Origin: the human T2T-CHM13v2.0 reference genome, Homo sapiens
DNA: 64,000 nt
Reading direction: 5' to 3' (one strand)
Assembly: GCF_009914755.1 (NCBI RefSeq)
Contig: NC_060927.1
The notes below the pieces were generated by a model. It had not been told where the DNA came from, did no database searches, and worked only from the letters and a program-made list of their open reading frames with translations. Positions within the stretch are counted from its first letter, which is position 1; every line of letters begins with the position of its first letter. Positions 55,866 to 64,000 of this stretch are shown piece by piece. A program made the position numbers and the translations under genes.

Positions 55866-57349
55866 GAAACTATTTAACTTTTTATATGCTATGGTTTAGG
55901 TCCCTTGGTGAGCATATAAACTACTGAAAAAATTGAATAAGATATGCTTTTTTCTATCCCCAGTGAATGCTATGACTGCAGTAGTGTTCATTAAATGTCA
56001 TGTTCAATGCATTGCCTGACTACAGGGTCTTTTGCCAAGTGTTATGTTATTTTAAAGAAGTCTTCTTCCCTATATCTGTAATTTTAATAATATTGTACAA
56101 ATGGTGTTTGCCTCCTTTTTTTCCTTTATTTTAGTGGCTTAAAATCCCTCAGAATGACACCCTATCACTGCCTGGATTCTTTATCACTATATAAACAAAA
56201 TGGGATGAGGAATGAAAAAGTTCCATTATTCATTACCATCTCATTTCTTTTCCCTTTGGGGAAAAAGCATGGTTTAAATACCTGCTGAGACATACAATTG
56301 CTTCAGTCTTCAATATGACCATTTCTACAGAGACAGACTATACCTGGGTATCGGAAACAAATTCAGCTCACAGATTTTTGCTTTTCTTTCCTCCTGAAAC
56401 CTCACCACCTTTTAAAGAAAAGTAGTTCTTTATCATAGATTTTCCCAGAGCATTTTTGTCTCTATTTCTGTGTTCTGCAGTGGACAACCTGAAACACTGC
56501 GAAGAAGGCTAAGCTCTCCGCCAGCAGGTCAGCGGAGGTAGCATGTCTTGGAATTTGACAATGATGTGCCCCTGGCACTTGCTGGCTTACCAACAGCCCT
56601 TCAGGAATCATCATGCCAACAGGCCAACCATGCAATAAAATCCTGTACCTGGCAAAGCCATGAGCAAAGTGATCAAACATTCTGTCTGCAGATTAGATTC
56701 TAACCTATTAATAAGCCTTCAGAAAATAAGCCAGAGTGAATCTCTAACAGCAATAGTTTACAGAGATGTTTAATGATGTCAGAGGTCGGCCACCCTACGT
56801 GCTTTCCTTCTGACTCAGCACAGAGCAGGACAAGGGCAGGAGAGCCACTCCAGAAGCCAGGGCAATCAGCTGTATCTTTTCCATTCGCAGCTAAGTTTAC
56901 TTGGAATGACTGGAAAAACCTTCAATGAAAACTCTTTCTAAAATAATAAAAGACTTTATCCTGCTGTCATGAGCCAGACAACATCAAGAAATAATTATGG
57001 GTGTGTATTTTCCTCTGCCTTGTAAAATGTTTACAAATTGTATCATAAGAAAGCTCTAGAGTCAATGGTAAAGATAGCAATAACATTTAACTTGTAAATT
57101 TTTTATATCTAGCCATAAAAGAATCACCATGTGTTTAAATCACATTTGAATACATATAAATAAAATTCTCATCTGCAGACATGAGCCAGTGGCTAAAGGA
57201 AGAATCCATGACTCCTTTTCCACAGAGAAAGTACACTGGAGATGTTTAGCTTCTCATATTTATGAAATAGAATTCATTGTCACCACATCAGCAAAAGAGT
57301 GTTGCAAGGATCTTAATTTGGGAACTTTGAAACATGAAAATAATCTATA

Positions 57350-57570
57350 ATTAATGATGATAATAACCTTTGTGGAGAAACAGTTTGCTACATTTATTTT
57401 ATGTACATTCCTTCATTTGAATTTGGTAGGGAGGGGTTTTATCTACAATTTACACATAAGGCAGTAGAGGCTTAGAGAGATTAAGTCAATTTCTTTATAT
57501 CATTAATATCGTGAGTGTTGGGGCTGGAATATAAATCTGGATCATCCCATCCCTGAAGTCCTCTTCTTTC
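57350..57570 (-). mobile_element. MIR
   Basis: aatttacacataaggcagtagaggcttagagagattaagtcaattt. Confidence 0.6.
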
Positions 57571-57959
57571 TACTAATCCAGGCTGAATCTTAACAAAATC
57601 ACATCCAGAAATAGTTTGGAGCATCCTGGTAGCAGAAAAAAGAAAGTGCAGCAAAAGAAAGCGGACTGACCTGCAAGGTTTGCTTAGGGAAAAGTGATTG
57701 AGAATGTGCTTTTCAAGAAGAGAACTCAAACTCTCCTCAATAATATGGCAGCTAACATGTCTTGATGGGCTAGTCAGCAGGAATAGTTTTGTAGGTTATC
57801 TTCTGTATAGTTTATGATTTTAAAGGACACCCATTTTAAACCTGTCTGTAAATTTTTAAATGATAGTTTTAAATCCCCCTTTTTATTTAATGCCCAAATG
57901 TATGTAATTTATGCAGACAAAATAAAATACCTTAAATTATCTATGGGAAGCTACTACCA

Positions 57960-58190
57960 TGACCTGAATAAAAAGCACTGAAGTTAGCATAAGAAGCCCT
58001 GAGATGAAGTCCCACTTTTACCACTGAACAACGCAGCCATCCTGGGCAAGACAGTAAGTCTTGCCAAGTCTTTGCTTCCTCTGCTCTAAAATAAACTTAC
58101 CTCTCAGGATTGATGTGAAAGTTAAATAAGATAACATGTAAGAAAGTGTCTGCTAGTCAGAAGGTGCTCAATAAAAGTTTATTTAATACT
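57960..58190 (+). mobile_element. MIR
   Basis: cctgggcaagacag...ttacctctcaggattgatgtgaaagttaaataagataacatgta...gtgctcaataaa. Confidence 0.75.
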
Positions 58191-58872
58191 AATGAAAACC
58201 AATTATTGAATGTTTAATTAAGTGCCAGCACAGCGGTCATTTAGGTGAGCAGCAGCTTCAAGTGTCGCTGTCTACGTGTTGCAAATAAGGGCACTAAGAA
58301 TCTCTGTGCCTTGTAGCTCATTTAATGAACTCTTTACTATGCCAGAGTCCTGCTGTGCATTGGTCATGGTGGCAGTGTAAACTATTTATGGGCTGATTGA
58401 CATTTTTGGTCTTTTTTTTGGTTTTGGTTTGGTTTGGGTGGGGGGTTGTGTTTTGTTTAATTGTTCTTTGTTTATACCAAATGGCAACAGTTCAATCTCC
58501 CCACCAGTTCCCCTAAAAGGAAATTTTCCTGGTTGCACAATGCCTGTCCAGTTCACGGGCATCTCTCTCCCTTCACCATGTCAATGCACAGTATATATAG
58601 AGTCCACGTGTGGGTTGTGTATGTGTCTGTGTGTGTGTGGTGGGCAGCTGTGGCATCACCAGGAAAAATGTGGCTGTTCTGAGTGTCTCATCTAAGATCT
58701 TACCTCATCCCGTGAGTTTCTGGAGTTTTGTGCTGCTGTGCTCTACAACACTCTCCTTGAGGCTGCCAGCATCCTAGATGCATCCTGGCCCCTGTATTTT
58801 GATGCATCAATAAATCTCCTTAAGCCCTGTGCATATTCCCTGCCATATTTAATGTCAGTGTACCAGAGTCCT

Positions 58873-59421
58873 TGTATTAGTCAGGGTTCTCTAGAGGGAC
58901 AGAGCTAATAGGATAGATGTATTTATGAAAGGGAGTTTATTAAGGATTACTGGCTCACATGATCACAAGGTGAAGTCCCCCAATAGGCCGTCTGCAAGCT
59001 GGGGAGCAAGGAAGCCAGTCCAAGTCCCAAAACCTCAAAAGTAGGGAGGCGGACAGTGCAGCCTTCAGTCTGTGGCCGAGGGCCTGAGAGCCCCTGGCAA
59101 ACCACTGGTGTAAGTCCAAGACTCCAAAAGCTGAAGAACTTGAAGTCCAATGTTTGAGGGCAGAAAGCATCCAACACAGGAGAAAAATGAAGACCGGCAG
59201 ACTCAGCAAGTCTGCTCTTTCCACCTTCTTCCGCCTGCTTTATTCTAGCCGTGCTGGCAGTTGATTAGATGGTGCCCACCCAGATTGAGGGTGGATCTGC
59301 CTTTCCCAGTCCAGTGACTCAAATGTTAATCTCCTTTGGCAACACCCTCACAGACACACCCAGGAACAATACTTGGCATCCTTCAATCCAATCGAGTTGA
59401 CACTCAATATTAACTATCACA
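58873..59421 (-). mobile_element. ERVL solo LTR (MLT2A2-like)
   Basis: tgtattagtcagggttctctagagggacag...gttgacactcaatattaactatcaca; ~550 bp, low divergence. Confidence 0.9.
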
Positions 59422-59543
59422 ATTCTACCTTACTTGATTTCCATTTTCCTGTCAGAAATGTCCTGACTTTTTTACCTGTGTGTCTTAATTACCAAGAATC
59501 AGTCCAGGTTATCTTAAGAAAATGGCTCTAAGAAGCCCAATGT

Positions 59544-59836
59544 GTCTGGGAACATTGGCTCACACCTGTAATCCCAGCACTTTGGGAGATGAAGACAGGT
59601 AGATCACTTGAGCCTAGGAGTTTGAGACCAGCCCGGGCAACATGGCGAAACTCCATCTCTACAAAATGTACAAAGACTAGCCAGGTGTGGTGGTGCATGC
59701 CTGTAGTCCCAGCCACTCAAGAAGCTGAAGTGGGAGGATCACTTTAGCCCGGGAGGTGGAGGCTGCAGTGAGCTGTAATTGTGCCACTACACTCCAGCCT
59801 GGACAACAGAGTAAGACCCTGTCTCAAAAAAAAAAA
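59544..59836 (+). mobile_element. AluJ
   Basis: Dimer; TSD-like aagc(c/a)caatgt on both sides. Confidence 0.92.
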
Positions 59837-62639
59837 GCACAATGTGAGAATAAAGGAAATTACAAGCTATAGTGGAAGATATTTTAGTTCATAAAAACAA
59901 AGGAAGAAGGACCATAAGAGGTTTTTTTTAAGACTTATCTTCTCAAGTTCTATTATCTCAGTTTTGTTTGGTTAGGACTTCCATGCCAACCTCATTTATT
60001 CATTCATTCAATAGTTATTGAGACCCACCATGTGCCAAGCCCTGTGCTAGATGCCATGAAGGATGGTTTCTACTGCACCCATAGGTTGCAGTTGAAAGGC
60101 ACAGAAACCAGTAAAAAGCCACTTAGAGAACAAATGCACGGGGAATGTGAAAACCCCTTTCTTCCTTTTAGTATGGAAGAGAGGCCACTTTTTCTGCATT
60201 TCTCTGAGCCCTCCCTGGGGCAAGTGTCCTCTCACATCATACCCATCTCTACCCAGCAGAAGGCTCTCACTCAAGGACTGTCAAGGATAACTAATTCAAG
60301 ACCCATCCCACCCACTAGGTGCCAAAAAGCTAGCAAGTCAGCTACCTAATAGGTGTCTTTTGAGACATTCAACACACATAGATTTAAAATATACAAAACA
60401 GGAAACTGTCTTTACATGGTAGTCTTTCAACTAAAATGGTTACAAGATCTTAAATTTGTTGCCATCAAGGTACTATACAATGAAAACTGGTGGTCCCAGG
60501 GATGACCCTGAAATACTGTGAGGTCCTGAGGCCCTGCAGCAGACAGAGGCACACAGCATTCAGTAAACGCTCATTGGGTAAACAGTATCTGACTCGCTGG
60601 AGAAAAACTAAATTATTGCAAGTTGAGTTTTAGAAGTAAAATATATTTAAAGTGATATTTCATTTATCTAAAATTCTAACTTTTGACAATTTCAACTTCA
60701 TAGTACACAATTGAGGACAAAAAGTAAATCAAAAGTGCTCAGAGAATAAAAGACAATGGTCATTAAGGTTTATATTTGTAAGCAGTCATGTGGAGTCTTC
60801 ACTTTGAGCCTATTTACCTTTACTTCATGAATAATGTTAACACACGTGGTTCTCTGAGTTCTCAGAACATAGCCAACTTGAAGCACTGACCTAGAAAAAG
60901 GAGAGGAGCTGCAACAAGTAAGTGCACTGACAGAAGGAAGAAAGAAAAGTATGGAGGCCTAACAAGAAAGTAAGAAAAAAAGAAGCTATACAAACACAAG
61001 AATTTAGAAAGCAAAATGGCATTCACTGTGGACACAAATAGTTGTACGATTTGAGGACATCTTTAAAAGAATCACTGAATCACAGCTAATTATAAATTTA
61101 TTGACATATTTGGTAGCATCTTTTAAAAATGAAAAACATTATGTATTTTAAGTATATATCAAAAGAAGTATATTTTGATCCTTAAAGGTATAAAATATCA
61201 GCTATTGGGAAAATTTTAATTATCCAAACCGTCTCATTTCCTAAAGATTGTGGAAAGTTGAGGTTATTCTAATATGTGTGTGTCTATGCAAACACACATG
61301 CATAAATGCATATAAATTATATGAAATAGAATTCCTGTTAAGCTGGAAAACCTCATCTCCCTAACACACAGTAGAACACATTATTAACTTTTTGGTTGTC
61401 AGCTTGACATGATCAAAGTGGTTATCTAAAATCCCAAACCTTAAGTTTGTGCTTTCTTTTCATTGAATGCAACCAAGACCAGGGAAGTTACTTCACTGGT
61501 CAGTAACTCAATTTATCTATTTGTATAAGAAGAAAAAAAAAAAAAAAGCTTTCCTCACAGGGGTCTGTTGGACTTTGTTCCTATTTCAAAACTTGAAAAT
61601 CCTTAATATAAATCTCAATAATAGCTCAGTTTAGGGTTATTATTTTTTAAGCAAACACCCGTCAAGGAAAAGATGCAAAGGCAGTCAGTCTTTCCCTGCT
61701 TTTCTTTCCTTACAATCTTTCTTTTCCAAAGAACACAATAAAGAAACAAAGAGCCAAACACACTGACTCACGTCTTTTTCTAATAGTGTTGTGGTCAATT
61801 TGCTCCTGCATAAAAAACTAGTAGTTAAGCTTTGAACTCTGGGTTTTGGAAGGCCAAGAGTGGAAAAATATCTTTAGCAGAAAGAACAGCACATTCCAAA
61901 TCTGTCCGTTGTTATGCATTTGTGAGAAAAGTCCACTTGGGCATGCCATCCCCATTGAAGCCCTTTTGTGTTGTCAGAACTTTCTTGACAAAGAAATGGC
62001 TGAACATTGCCTTTCAGTAGAATTTCGAGTTGGTTTTTCTGTACTTTCTTTTATCAGAACTTCCTCATTCAAACCTTAAGATGGTTTCTCAGCTTGAACT
62101 TGCTTTTAGGACAAATAGGAAAATGGTATAGCTTTGTACCTAAAAAACTGACTTCATCCTTTTATGGGAGGAAAAGATCTATATGCTTCAGAAAGCCAAA
62201 GATGTACTGAGAATCTTCACTAAGGCATTTCCTACAGTAAAATTGATGATCGCATCCCAAGCTTGATCAGATGTCATGGCTTTTGTTTTCTTAGACGTTG
62301 TCACAATCTAACATAGTCATGTGACTCTAGTGTACTAAGGGCTTTCATGGGTGTTAACTCATTTATTAGACCTAGCATGCACCTGACTTCTTAATTATTT
62401 TACAGTTGTTTCTTGGTTTTGATTCTAATTTTTAAAGACACTCACAGTCTGAAAAATAATAATAGTATTGTTACATTTCTAAATGGCTAGCGGCATCTTT
62501 TAGCTGATAAGACTGAGTAGCTGGTATAGCCTACATATCACCCAGTTGAATAATTTATTTCAGTACTAAAATCTCATTACCTAAAATGCTCTCAGGAATG
62601 TTTCAAAAGTGTCTTTACTCTTTTCTCCCCGCGAGGATG

Positions 62640-63685
62640 AAACACCCTCAACTTAACGCATCTTAGCTTCAGGCCATCCTGTCTCTTATGCCTTCCCTCC
62701 TGATACAGTAGAGGAGCTATTTATCTTCATTCATTTTCCCTCACCTCTTCTCTAAGTGCCCCTCATCCCATGCCTCCTACCCTCTGGAGACTTTACTCTT
62801 AATTGTTTGCACCATCTGCCACACATAGTGTTCTTTCTTGGTACACACCAGATTGTGACTCACCCCTGTTTAAAACCTTTCAGAGGACCGGGCACGGTGG
62901 CTCACACCTGTAATCCCAGCACTTTGGGAGGCCAAGGCAGGCAGATCACAAGGTCAGGAGTTTGAGACAGCCTGACCAACATGGTGAAACCACGTCTCTA
63001 CTAAAAATACAAAAATTAGCCGGGTGTGATGGCATGCTCTTGTAATCCCAGTTACTCAGGAGGCTGAGGCAGGAGAATCACTTGAACCCAGGAGGCGGAG
63101 GCTGCAGTGAGCCGAGATCGCACCACTGCACCCCAGAGCAAGACTCCATCTCAAAAAAAAAAAAAACAAAAAAAAAAAAACACCTTTCAAAGACATTTCA
63201 TAGCCTTCCACTGGAGTCCTGAAACCATCTCAGGCCTTCATCATCTGGGCCTGCCCGTCTTCTCAGCTCCATTCCTTGCTATACCATCTGCTGTCACCAG
63301 CCCCACCCTGCACTACAGTTACAGCTCTCTTTGAAATTGTCAGATCTCTTAATTTTTAGGGCTTTTATTTACAATGTTTTGTTCTCTCCGCCCAGAACAC
63401 CCTGCCTTCTCATCGCCTCTTAACTCCCCAAGCATTCCCAGAAGTCTCCTTTGACCTTCTGGCCTAGATAAAGTGGCCCTGCCCTGTGCTCTCACATTGC
63501 CAGCATCCTTCTATGGCATCTAATACTCTCACTGTTTCTGTTTAACTAACTGTCTCCATGGCTAGCCTGTAAACCAAGTTACAGCCTGATTTGAGTCTGC
63601 CTTACCAACCAGTCTGTCCCCAGCACAGAGCCTGAAACCAAGTGCAGGTACTCAGTGCTGTTAATGAAAGAATGAAGGAAGGATA
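62640..63685 (+). mobile_element. L2 fragment interrupted by an Alu
   Basis: cagattgtgactcacccctgtttaaaaccttt|...|catttcatagcc...cccagcacagagcctga...gttaatgaaagaatgaa. Confidence 0.65.
62885..63180 (+). mobile_element. AluS
   Basis: Full dimer; TSD-like acctttca on both sides. Confidence 0.95.
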
Positions 63686-63929
63686 ACAAATGATATTCAG
63701 AGAAGCAGATATCAGAGACAAACTGGCAGATACAAAGGTCAACCAAGGGTCTAGGAAAAGTGAGTGGCCAAAAGTCTAATCAAAGAAGTCAGAAAACAAG
63801 ACGTCTTTAGCAACCAACAGTGCAAGGCGGGAAGAACAAATCTAAGACAGGCCCTTAGCAATAATGGTAAGCAAACTTGATAATCACATCACTCAATCAG
63901 TCCCTCTCATTCTCATTGTGGGCAAAGTT

Positions 63930-64000
63930 TCCCAGAGTGTTTTAAAGTGTAGTCTAAGGACTACCTGCGTCATGATTCCACATCCCCACTAGCTCTACTG
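63930..64000 (+). mobile_element. MER5A-like start
   Basis: cagagtgttttaaagtgtagtctaaggactacctgcgtca. Confidence 0.4.

Overview
Human (primate) genomic DNA with no credible protein-coding exon in the window. The single gene landmark is a CpG/GC-rich promoter at ~42.9-43.8 kb with a TATA-like box (43602) and a short non-coding first exon ending at a canonical donor (CAAG|GTAAGA, 43702/43703). I recognise this exon from memory as the 5' UTR exon 1 of COL8A1; this is not database-verified. Bases 43703-64000 are then the start of a long first intron carrying candidate enhancer motif clusters. Bases 1-42.8 kb are upstream intergenic DNA dense in transposon fossils: L1PA/PB/M, HAL1, Alu, ERVL LTR16/MLT2, MaLR MLT1, MIR, L2 and MER DNA transposons. 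The longer ORFs in the track are L1 ORF2 fragments or repeat-derived artefacts. I found no convincing novel biological system. The most notable observations are: a 4-level nested insertion stack with readable TSDs; a 3'-truncated L1 5' end flanked by a TSD; an adjacent HRE + ARE motif pair in intron 1; a TSS-dependent uORF across exon 1; and a CAGCTG/HOX/GATA motif cluster. Repeat subfamily names and boundaries are by-eye calls and approximate.
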